Of a stretch of 41,920 nt of DNA, positions 25,543 to 33,339 are shown one piece after another. How positions within the stretch are numbered: position 1 is the stretch's first letter; each line of letters begins with the position of its first letter. Position numbers and translations under genes: made by a program. This DNA comes from an archaeon. Its GTDB lineage: Archaea > Nanobdellota > Nanobdellia > Pacearchaeales > GW2011-AR1. The stretch spans positions 1-41,920 of the forward strand of contig JBDKJQ010000063.1 in assembly GCA_039796495.1 (NCBI GenBank). The letters are read 5' to 3'. The notes under the pieces were generated by a model. That model searched no databases. It was not told where the DNA came from and saw only the letters and a list, made by a program, of their open reading frames with translations.

Positions 25543-26207
25543 AAATCGGCATTTTATTTTCTGGAGGGAAGGATAGTATGTATGCTTGCTGGACTGCAAA
25601 AAAAATGGGACATGATATTGGTTGTCTTATCAGTATTTATTCTGAAAATGAAGACAGTTTTATGTTTCATACTCCATCGATACAACAAGTTGAAAAGCAG
25701 GCTGAAGTTATGAATATTCCCCTATTAACTAGAAAAACACGCGGAGAAAAGGAAACTGAATTGGATGATCTAGAAAAAATAATCCGAGAAGCTATACAAA
25801 AATACCGTATTGAGGGTATTGTTACCGGGGCCATTAAAAGTGTGTATCAAGCGTCTCGTGTTCAAAAAATCTGTAATGCATTCGGCATTGAATGCTTTAA
25901 TCCCCTATGGCAGAAAAATCAGGGAGAACATCTGCAGGATCTTATAAAAAATAAATTTGAAGTTGTCATTACTGGTGTTGCCGCATTCCCCTTTGATAAA
26001 AAATTTTTGGGGAGGAAGATTGACAGCACATTCATTTCTGAAATGAAATCACTTGAGAAAAAATACGGTGTTAATCCTGCTGGAGAGGGGGGAGAATTTG
26101 AAAGTTTTGTTTTAGATTGCCCGTTATTTTTACGACGACTGAAAGTTATTTCTTATCGGGATTTTGGCGAGAGGCATTCGTGGCGACGGGAGGTTGAAGT
26201 TAGATGA
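25539..26207 (+). CDS. Dph6-like PP-loop ATP pyrophosphatase (MJ0570 / diphthine-ammonia ligase family, ATP-binding domain only)
   Basis: 'MKIGILFSGGKDSMYA' (PP-loop SGGKDS) and the family-specific 'PAGEGGEFESFVLDCPLF'. The ATG at 25539 overlaps the mpg stop as ATGA. An upstream ATG at 25527 is also in frame. Confidence 0.85.
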   Translation: MKIGILFSGGKDSMYACWTAKKMGHDIGCLISIYSENEDSFMFHTPSIQQVEKQAEVMNIPLLTRKTRGEKETELDDLEKIIREAIQKYRIEGIVTGAIKSVYQASRVQKICNAFGIECFNPLWQKNQGEHLQDLIKNKFEVVITGVAAFPFDKKFLGRKIDSTFISEMKSLEKKYGVNPAGEGGEFESFVLDCPLFLRRLKVISYRDFGERHSWRREVEVR

Positions 26208-26749
26208 AGGCTATTCTCATTATCGATATCTGCAAAGAGCGGCTTCACTATTATGAATTTGTGAAACCCGTTGAGAACATTGTTAAGAATGCGCGAAAAA
26301 AATATGTTGTGAGACCTTATAAAAAATTGAAGAAAAAAGACTTGGATAATTCGGAGAAAATAATCATCTGCGGAACGAGTTTACATGATAATGAATTTGT
26401 CAAGGATATTGAAAAATTTTCGTGGCTCTTTACTTTCAATAAACCTGTTTTTGGAATTTGTGGAGGAATGCAGATTCTTGGGTTAGTCTATGGAGGAAAG
26501 CTGAAAAAGAAAACTGAAATTGGATTTTATAAGGAGAAATTTACTAAAAGCTTTCTTGGTTTAGCAGGAGAGGCAGAAGTGTATCATCTGCATAATTATC
26601 ATGTGGTTTTTCCTTCGGTGTTTGATGTTTTCTCTGTTTCTAAAAGCGGGGTTATGCAGGCTGTACAACATCAAAAGAATGAATTGTATGGAGTATTATT
26701 TCATCCTGAAGTGAGGAACAAACAGATGATTGAAAATTTTATCAGATAA
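26204..26749 (+). CDS. stand-alone class I glutamine amidotransferase (GMP synthase subunit A-like)
   Basis: 181 aa. Nucleophile elbow 'GICGGMQIL' and 'LFHPEV' (His-Glu). The start overlaps the Dph6-like stop as ATGA. Confidence 0.8.
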   Translation: MKAILIIDICKERLHYYEFVKPVENIVKNARKKYVVRPYKKLKKKDLDNSEKIIICGTSLHDNEFVKDIEKFSWLFTFNKPVFGICGGMQILGLVYGGKLKKKTEIGFYKEKFTKSFLGLAGEAEVYHLHNYHVVFPSVFDVFSVSKSGVMQAVQHQKNELYGVLFHPEVRNKQMIENFIR

Positions 26750-26793
26750 ACGTTTATTAAGAACTGCCGCCTTTATATAAAAAAGATTTGGAG

Positions 26794-27993
26794 ATGAAAC
26801 AACCTGAATTTTATCGCAGGAAATTAGATAATGGGCTGACCGTACTATTTGAAAGACGAAATATTCCTGTTGTTGCTGTTGCGAGTAGTGTTCGATTTGG
26901 CGCGCAATATGAATCAGCTTCTTTGAAAGGGATAAGTCATTTTATTGAACATCTTGTGTTCAAGGGAACCAAAAAAAGAAGTGTGGAGCAAATCCCGAAG
27001 GAAATAGAAGGAGTTGGCGGAGTTATCAATGCATTTACCGGAGAGGATGTAACGTGTTATTGGAATAAACTGCCGAGCAAACATTTTGCATTAGGTGCTG
27101 ATGTTGGTCGAGATCTCATTTTGAATCCTTTGTTTGAAAAGGATGCTTTAGAGCGAGAGCGGAAAGTCATCCTTGAGGAAATCAAAATGTATAAGGATAA
27201 CCCGACGTCACATGTATTTGAAAAAATAAAAGAATTGTTATATAAAAAACCATTTAATATGTCTATTGCCGGAACACTATCGACCGTTTCCCGGCTGTCC
27301 CGTGAGAAAGTTATTGCGCTCCATGGTTCAGTATACGCGTCGAATAATCTCATCTTTAGCGTCGTGGGAGATGTAGCGTGGGATGATGTGTTAGTGGAGG
27401 CAAAAAAATTTCCCGAAACCACAAAAAAAATTATTGCAGTGTCTGCTGTTAAAAAACAAGGGAGTATCATTGAAAAAAGAAAAGGCATTGATCAGGCGCA
27501 CGAAGTCATTGGATTTCATATGCCTCTTCTTACGGAAAAAAACAGATATGCCGCGGAAATATTTGATAGCATATTAGGGGGAGGTATGAGCAGTAGATTA
27601 TTTCAGGAAATCAGAGAGAAACGGGGACTTGCGTATGCAATCAAAAGCAATCTTGAACAATCAAAGGATTACGCGTATGGGATGATCTATGCAGGAACTG
27701 TCAAGGAAAAAATTACCGAAGTGAAGTCTCTTGTTTTAAAAGAAATAAAAAAAATGAATGCCCTGCAACAAGCTGATTTAAGCGAAGCAAAAGAACGCCT
27801 TATTGGACTGAAAGAAATCAGCAAAGAGAAATGTGATTCCACGATGATGGACTTATTGCAAGAGGAAATCGGCGGCAATGCAGAACATTATTATTCCTAT
27901 GAAGAAAATATCAATAAAGTTAATTTAAAAACTGTTCGAAAACTGAGTAACCTTCGCGGTTATAGTTTTGCTGCATTAGTTCCTCACCAATAA
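26794..27993 (+). CDS. M16-family (pitrilysin-like) zinc peptidase
   Basis: Inverted zinc motif 'HFIEHLVFKGT', downstream 'ERERKVILEEI', two-domain length (~399 aa). ATG at 26794; the track uses a TTG at 26788. Confidence 0.88.
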   Translation: MKQPEFYRRKLDNGLTVLFERRNIPVVAVASSVRFGAQYESASLKGISHFIEHLVFKGTKKRSVEQIPKEIEGVGGVINAFTGEDVTCYWNKLPSKHFALGADVGRDLILNPLFEKDALERERKVILEEIKMYKDNPTSHVFEKIKELLYKKPFNMSIAGTLSTVSRLSREKVIALHGSVYASNNLIFSVVGDVAWDDVLVEAKKFPETTKKIIAVSAVKKQGSIIEKRKGIDQAHEVIGFHMPLLTEKNRYAAEIFDSILGGGMSSRLFQEIREKRGLAYAIKSNLEQSKDYAYGMIYAGTVKEKITEVKSLVLKEIKKMNALQQADLSEAKERLIGLKEISKEKCDSTMMDLLQEEIGGNAEHYYSYEENINKVNLKTVRKLSNLRGYSFAALVPHQ

Positions 27994-28176
27994 TTATTGG
28001 AATGCTTTGATTAAAGCCCAAATACCGCATAACCCTACAATCCAGTAGACTACGTTTGCTACCATCGGCATTGAACCAACAAGCATATCCACAAGGTTCC
28101 AATCAAATGAGGCTAATCCCCAATTTATTGCACCAATTGCTGCAATCACTAAAGCAGTTCTATCATACCAAGCCAT
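27994..28176 (-). CDS. DUF378-family small membrane protein
   Basis: 60 aa. 'LVIAAIGAINWGLASFDWNLV..M......VVYWIVGLCGIW' matches the DUF378 two-TM pattern. Confidence 0.75.
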   Translation of the reverse strand: MAWYDRTALVIAAIGAINWGLASFDWNLVDMLVGSMPMVANVVYWIVGLCGIWALIKAFQ

Positions 28177-28213
28177 TTTGTGACCTCCTTTCGTGATTTA
28201 ATAAGGAAAAATC

Positions 28214-28223
28214 TATTTAAATA
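28214..28223 (+). promoter_or_regulatory. TATA-box-like element
   Basis: 'tatttaaata' centred ~24 nt upstream of the ATG at 28242. Confidence 0.4.
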
Positions 28224-28241
28224 TGTTTTTGTTTTTATACG

Positions 28242-29012
28242 ATGGAAATTGTGCGCGTACGGTTCATTGATAAAGAAAATACGGGCTGTGAGAAAGCACC
28301 TATCGCAATTCTTGAACGCTTTAAGAATATTTCGTGCAAGGAAAACGGTAGCGGCATCGTTAAAGACATGCTGCGGTTTGAAGAGATACATGTTAATCTT
28401 GCAGATGCTGCAGAAGCAGATTATCTGATTTTCGAAAATGGAAAAGAAACGTTTGAGCGGAACTTTAAATCTTTTTTTATCGGCGGAGATACCAGTGTCC
28501 TTTATCCACTCTTGCGTGCATTTACAAAAACGGAAAAAAATCCTTTGACGATTGTATTTGATGCGCATGCAGGATGCGGCAGTTCACCCCATCTTGACAA
28601 AATTTGGCTTAGTCAATTGGCTGAAGAACGTCAGAATATTGTTCTTGTCGGAACGCGAGCGTATGCACCTGACGAAAAATCTTTTTTAAAAGATAAGCAT
28701 ATTCTCTCTATAGATCGGGGCTTGCTCGGAGAAGATTGCGAAGGCATCTGTGATCTTCTTATGGAGCGAGCGCATGCAGCTTCGGGGTTTTTTGTCTGCA
28801 TTGACCTGGATGTTGTTGACCCTTCCGGTGCACCTGGTGTTACGCATATTGAGCCAGGTGGCATCAGCAGTAGTGAACTTATTTATTTTGTTAAGCGACT
28901 TTCTTTATTAAAAAATTTTAAAGGTGCTGCCATTCTTGGTGCTAATCCTGACAAAGATGTGAATGGCATGACTGTTGCGCTGGGTGCACGACTGTTAGCT
29001 GAGATGGTGTGA
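28242..29012 (+). CDS. arginase/agmatinase/ureohydrolase-fold protein with incomplete metal-ligand set
   Basis: 256 aa. 'IGGDTSV' (canonical GGDHS), 'VFDAHAG' (canonical DAHxD), 'CIDLDVVDP', 'PGGISSSEL'. Confidence 0.75.
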   Translation: MEIVRVRFIDKENTGCEKAPIAILERFKNISCKENGSGIVKDMLRFEEIHVNLADAAEADYLIFENGKETFERNFKSFFIGGDTSVLYPLLRAFTKTEKNPLTIVFDAHAGCGSSPHLDKIWLSQLAEERQNIVLVGTRAYAPDEKSFLKDKHILSIDRGLLGEDCEGICDLLMERAHAASGFFVCIDLDVVDPSGAPGVTHIEPGGISSSELIYFVKRLSLLKNFKGAAILGANPDKDVNGMTVALGARLLAEMV

Positions 29013-29013
29013 G

Positions 29014-29559
29014 ATGAAATTAACCCGTTGCTTTGTTGCCACTCAATTATCACCTGCCGCGATTGCTGAAATCAAACGCATCCAAGAGGGCCTCATGGAC
29101 CGGTTTCATTTCGACGGAAAACTCACTGAACCGGAACAATTGCATCTCACTCTGAAATTTTTGGGAGAGATTGATGAGCCTACTTTACAGACTGTCAGAA
29201 AACAATTATTTGCTATTCATTTCGAACCCCTTTCTGTTGCTTTAATCAGCGTCGGTGTTTTTTCCTCACACACCCCGCGTATTGTCTGGATTGCACTCGA
29301 TGGGGCTGATGGGCTGCAACATGCGGTTGATAAAAGTCTTGAGCATTTATTTTCTATAGAAAAACAGTTTATGGGACATATTACTATTGCGCGTTTGAAA
29401 CATCTTGAAGAAAAAAAAGAATTTCTGCGTTATCTGAACCAACTGCACTGCTCAACACGTTTCACTATCGATAGGTTTTTTCTGAATAAGTCTATTCTTA
29501 CTCCTTCTGGGACAATTTATGAAACAATTGAGGAATATGTCGCCAGAATTACCTTTTAA
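29014..29559 (+). CDS. 2H phosphoesterase, 2'-5' RNA ligase (LigT/ThpR)-like
   Basis: 181 aa with the two H-x-T/S-x motifs 'HLTLKFLG' and 'HITIAR'. The start is 1 nt after the preceding stop. Confidence 0.8.
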   Translation: MKLTRCFVATQLSPAAIAEIKRIQEGLMDRFHFDGKLTEPEQLHLTLKFLGEIDEPTLQTVRKQLFAIHFEPLSVALISVGVFSSHTPRIVWIALDGADGLQHAVDKSLEHLFSIEKQFMGHITIARLKHLEEKKEFLRYLNQLHCSTRFTIDRFFLNKSILTPSGTIYETIEEYVARITF

Positions 29560-30230
29560 TCTTTGTGGCTGAGAATATCTTTAAATTCCTTTGCCTGGTT
29601 TTTCAAGACTTGGATGAGATTCTCTTCTGATGCATTGAACACGTTTTGGAGCGTGGAAAATTTTTCGAGAAGTTTTTGCGCTTTTTTTGGGCCAATGTTT
29701 GGAAATGATTCGAGAATATATTTTTTCTGTTCCTGAACTGTTTTTGGAATTCTTGCATGCAGTGAGAGCGGAGACTTCTTTTTCACTTGCTGTTTTGCTA
29801 ATGTAATAAGATATTTCGCCGTATCCTCGTGATCCACTGAAAAAATAATTGGTATACTATAATTGTTCATTACAGAAATAAGCAGCCCTCTCACTGCCTT
29901 TGCCATACCATCATTTTCTTTGTATATCTCTTTGAGACTTCCCTCGACTATCAGAAATTGTTTTTTGTATTCTTTTATCTGAATCAACTGATCTCTCAGT
30001 CGTTTACTGATCATTGAAGAGATTAAATCAGAAACTGTTTTTCGTTCTATGGCCGCCTCTCCGATTATATAATCTGCGATTTTTAATGATCTCATTTCCA
30101 GGGTTATCTCTGAGGAGGACTTTAATTCTGATAATACCAGAGAGTTTTTTTCATGAATATCTGCGATTATGATGGGAACTTTTTCAGGCTTTTGTTTTCT
30201 TTTCAATTTTTTGAAAATGTCGTGAAGCAT
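29556..30230 (-). CDS. ERCC4/XPF-type structure-specific nuclease with (HhH)2 domain (Hef nuclease half)
   Basis: 224 aa. 'IADYIIGEAAIERKTVSDLISS' (ERK nuclease motif) and C-terminal 'ILESFPNIGPKKAQKLLEKFSTLQNVFNASEENL' (HhH2). Confidence 0.85.
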   Translation of the reverse strand: MLHDIFKKLKRKQKPEKVPIIIADIHEKNSLVLSELKSSSEITLEMRSLKIADYIIGEAAIERKTVSDLISSMISKRLRDQLIQIKEYKKQFLIVEGSLKEIYKENDGMAKAVRGLLISVMNNYSIPIIFSVDHEDTAKYLITLAKQQVKKKSPLSLHARIPKTVQEQKKYILESFPNIGPKKAQKLLEKFSTLQNVFNASEENLIQVLKNQAKEFKDILSHKD

Positions 30231-30231
30231 G

Positions 30232-31791
30232 TTACAACAATTTTTGCTGTCCTTCTTTGTTTTCTTTTATGAAGAACTTTCCTTCATCCATGTCTTTTTT
30301 AATGTCGTCTATTGTCTTGTACATTTTTTTCTCCCTGCTTTTTGAAGCATAATAAAATATTTCATCTAAAGTGTCGGCAGTCATCAAAATAATAAGCTCT
30401 CCCTTCATCAATCGCGCTGTTCTTCCTGCTCGCTGAATTTTTCTTATCGCGCTTGGAATTGGTTCATAAAATATCACTGTGTTGACCTCTGGAATGTCAA
30501 GCCCTTCTTCTGCGATTGACGTTGCGCATATCACATTGATGTCTCCCTGTTTAAATTCATCCATGATCTCTCGCTGTTCTTTTTGGCTTAATCCTGAATC
30601 TGCTTTTTTAGCCTGCCCCACAAATACTTTTGAGCGAATGCCGGCAATTTCGTTTAGTTCAGCATTGATTTTAACGACGGTGTCACGGTATTGAGAAAAA
30701 ATAATCGTTTTATTCTTTGCATCTTCTTGTATAGCCGTTTCAATCAGGTGTTTTAACTCTAATAATTTTGGATGTTCTAGCTTTTTTGACATGAGATTAC
30801 TAATCCGTATGTACGCCTCGTTGAACTCAGGATGCTTCACAATTTGCTGCACTGCCTTTGACTTATTTTGTGCTGACTGCTCAAATAAGGATCTGAGGTA
30901 TTTATGCGCGCTGTATATTGTCTGCGTTTCAAGCAGCTCAATTAGATGAGAAAGCTTTATTGCCTGTGCGCATGCACTTATTCCCAACAGCGCATTAAAA
31001 TTTTTGTTTCCCTTATTTATCTGCGCTATCATTCTTGTCTGAAGCCTGAGAAGATTTGTTTTTGTCGGCGGATCAAATAGTAACTTCCGGTTTTTTAATT
31101 CTTCAATCTTTTTCTGATACATCTTTTTTATGATGGCTGTTATTTCTTTGAACTCGACTGGAAATTCTATCCTTATTATTTTGAAGTCGAGTTCTTTTAT
31201 GTACGGTTTTACGTCCTCGCTTTCGCGTGTACGGATTTCAATAGTTTCTATACCGAGATTTCTTGCGATTTGTTCTATTGTTTTTCTGTCAGTGCCTGGA
31301 GAGGCAGTAAGCCCTAGTACTTTGCGGTTTTTCGCCTGCTGTTTGTACTGCGCTGCAATAAAGTTGTAGGCATAATTTTTTAAACAGCGATGAGATTCAT
31401 CAATGATCAACAGCGTTACTTCACTCAGGTCATATATGTTATTCTTTAGATCATTTTGTATACATTGCGGAGTTGAAAAAATAATGTCTGCTGTTTCCCA
31501 TACCTCTTTTCTTTTTTCTCCTTTCGTTTTTCCGGTGAATAATGCAAGTTCAGCGAATAGCTCTGGAAGATGTTTTTTAAAATATGCAAGATGCTGCTCT
31601 GCTAGTGGTCTTGTGGGAGCAAGGAACACTGTTTTTGTCGCCGGGTATTTTTTTTGTATGTGTACTGACAGCATCAATGCAATCAGTGTTTTTCCTATTC
31701 CTGTCGGGAGCACTACCAGGCAATTCTTCTCTCTGCAGCTCTCAAAAATCTTTTGTTGATATTCCCGCGGCTGAATGTTAAGAATGTCCAT
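30232..31791 (-). CDS. Hef/FANCM-type DEAH-box helicase (Hef helicase half)
   Basis: 519 aa. 'VLPTGIGKT', 'LIIDESHR', 'LTASPG', 'ATSIAEEGLDIPEV', 'QRAGRTAR'. The stop TAA is followed by one nucleotide and then the nuclease ATG. Confidence 0.85.
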   Translation of the reverse strand: MDILNIQPREYQQKIFESCREKNCLVVLPTGIGKTLIALMLSVHIQKKYPATKTVFLAPTRPLAEQHLAYFKKHLPELFAELALFTGKTKGEKRKEVWETADIIFSTPQCIQNDLKNNIYDLSEVTLLIIDESHRCLKNYAYNFIAAQYKQQAKNRKVLGLTASPGTDRKTIEQIARNLGIETIEIRTRESEDVKPYIKELDFKIIRIEFPVEFKEITAIIKKMYQKKIEELKNRKLLFDPPTKTNLLRLQTRMIAQINKGNKNFNALLGISACAQAIKLSHLIELLETQTIYSAHKYLRSLFEQSAQNKSKAVQQIVKHPEFNEAYIRISNLMSKKLEHPKLLELKHLIETAIQEDAKNKTIIFSQYRDTVVKINAELNEIAGIRSKVFVGQAKKADSGLSQKEQREIMDEFKQGDINVICATSIAEEGLDIPEVNTVIFYEPIPSAIRKIQRAGRTARLMKGELIILMTADTLDEIFYYASKSREKKMYKTIDDIKKDMDEGKFFIKENKEGQQKLL

Positions 31792-31827
31792 GCAATAAGA
31801 ATTGACGGGAGTATTAATTTGTTATCA

Positions 31828-32562
31828 TTACATAAAAATCATCATTGAGAACAGCAAGTATAGAATGGCGAGACAACACCAGTTAAAGAATGAACCGAAA
31901 AATAATTTTGCGCCGTCAAGTGTACTGACCGGAAGCAGGTTCCATGCGCCATACATGACGGAAAATTTTGCTAGGTTATAAAAAAAATCTATGTCAGAAA
32001 ATTTATACATCACAAATCCTATCACAAAAATTCCTGCAAGTACGTACAATCCTGCTGCTACAGCGTATGCTGGATCTACTTCATGAACAAACTCTTTTCT
32101 GAATGCTCTTTTGTATCCGCTTGCTTTGAGCAATCGTATATGGGGAATGTTCTCGACGTTAAACTGCAAAAAGACCATTGGCTTGATATATCCGAGCGAG
32201 AAGAATGCCAGAAAAAAAGGCAAGACTAATCCTATCGGGAATGGTTTCTTTAAGTGAGATCTTTTATAAATTCCGTAACGAGAGAACTCCCAAAATTTAT
32301 GCTCTACCTTGATCGCTCTTCTTCTGCCTGCTATCTTTTTTGCTACAACGGTTGAGAATATTATAACCGAAAAAATTATTAACGAATAGAAAATGAGCAG
32401 TGGATCGTCAGGTATTTGCGGGAAAAAACTGATAAAAGAGGCAATAATTATTACGACAATGATTGATACTATTTCTTTTTTTGAAAATCCATAGTCACCA
32501 TACTGAAAATCTTCAACTACTCTTTCACCCCCTCTTTTTAATGGTTCATAGCGCTCACGCAT
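31828..32562 (-). CDS. polytopic membrane protein, site-2-protease (M50)-like but without HExxH
   Basis: 244 aa, ~6 TM. The C-terminal 'NLLPVSTLDGAKLF' matches the M50 N-x2-P-x3-LDG motif. No HExxH anywhere; the closest match is 'VHEVD'. Confidence 0.5.
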   Translation of the reverse strand: MRERYEPLKRGGERVVEDFQYGDYGFSKKEIVSIIVVIIIASFISFFPQIPDDPLLIFYSLIIFSVIIFSTVVAKKIAGRRRAIKVEHKFWEFSRYGIYKRSHLKKPFPIGLVLPFFLAFFSLGYIKPMVFLQFNVENIPHIRLLKASGYKRAFRKEFVHEVDPAYAVAAGLYVLAGIFVIGFVMYKFSDIDFFYNLAKFSVMYGAWNLLPVSTLDGAKLFFGSFFNWCCLAILYLLFSMMIFM

Positions 32563-32680
32563 ACTCTTCCTATGTCCATTATTTATATAAAGGTATTTAA
32601 TTTTGAAATTATTTTTTCTGGGAAAATCACTTTCGAGTATAGAGTGTTTTGAAAAACCTAAAATTCCAAACTCTCTAAGA

Positions 32681-32728
32681 AGGACTTTGATAAGATTTCC
32701 TTCGGAAATTAGGGTTATTCAAAGTCCT
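32681..32728. other. nested hairpin / candidate structured RNA or regulatory element
   Basis: 10-bp perfect outer stem (aggactttga / tcaaagtcct) encloses a 6-bp inner stem (atttcc / ggaaat, loop ttc). A second 6-bp hairpin follows at 32734-32750. Lies in a 330-nt divergent intergenic region. Confidence 0.3.
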
Positions 32729-32861
32729 CTATAGAAAATTTCTCATTTTCTAATCTGAAAAAATCCTTTCCTTTCAACAAGATTTTTCCATCACAAAAAT
32801 ATTTTCTAGATATTTTTGTTCTTTAAAGTTCTCTTTTAACATGAACTTTAAATCATAGAAA

Positions 32862-32873
32862 AGTATTTAAAGA
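32862..32873 (+). promoter_or_regulatory. TATA-box-like element
   Basis: 'agtatttaaaga' centred ~25 nt upstream of the ATG at 32893. Confidence 0.4.
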
Positions 32874-32892
32874 ACACTGGAGTTTTTAGGAT

Positions 32893-33204
32893 ATGCTGAA
32901 AATAAAAAAAGTAAGTGAAGTTATCGGGAAAAAAGTGTTCACTGACAATGGCGATTTCTTTGGAGAAGTAGAAGAGGGAAATTTATTAGAAAATAAAGTT
33001 GAGAGCTGGAGAATACGTGTTTCAGGTTCTATGGGGAGTTTTTTGGGAGGCGCAAAAGGCGTCATTATTCCTCATCAATTTGTACGGGCAATCGGAGATG
33101 TTGTATTAATCAGCAGATCAAGTTTACCATTAGAGGAAGGCGAAGACACTGTTGGTGAAACTGTTGATCTGAGTCAGGGAAAAGACGCTAGTGTTTCGAT
33201 GTAA
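32893..33204 (+). CDS. PRC-barrel protein with acidic C-terminal tail
   Basis: 103 aa. 'VIGKKVFTDNGDFFGEVEEGNL......IIPHQFVRAIGDVVLI' is the PRC-barrel pattern. Confidence 0.65.
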   Translation: MLKIKKVSEVIGKKVFTDNGDFFGEVEEGNLLENKVESWRIRVSGSMGSFLGGAKGVIIPHQFVRAIGDVVLISRSSLPLEEGEDTVGETVDLSQGKDASVSM

Positions 33205-33307
33205 TTTTTCTTTAGAATTATTCCAGTAGAGTGAAGAAAGTTTTATAAGCATTTAATAATTATTAATTGAGAGGTGTTAATGGCAGAAATGAAAATCAAA
33301 GATTCTC

Positions 33308-33317
33308 CATTTATATC
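33308..33317 (+). promoter_or_regulatory. TATA-box-like element
   Basis: 'catttatatc' centred ~27 nt upstream of the ATG at 33340. Confidence 0.35.
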
Positions 33318-33339
33318 TTCTTAAGGTTAAAAAACAAAT

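Noticed and set aside
32681-32740. Hairpin interpreted as an archaeal H/ACA guide RNA (lower stem, internal loop, upper stem, 'AUA' about 2 nt after the stem)
   Set aside because: The upper stem lacks a K-turn/K-loop for L7Ae, and the pocket is very asymmetric (4 nt / 9 nt). No ACA is present, only AUA. Kept only as a generic structured-element candidate.
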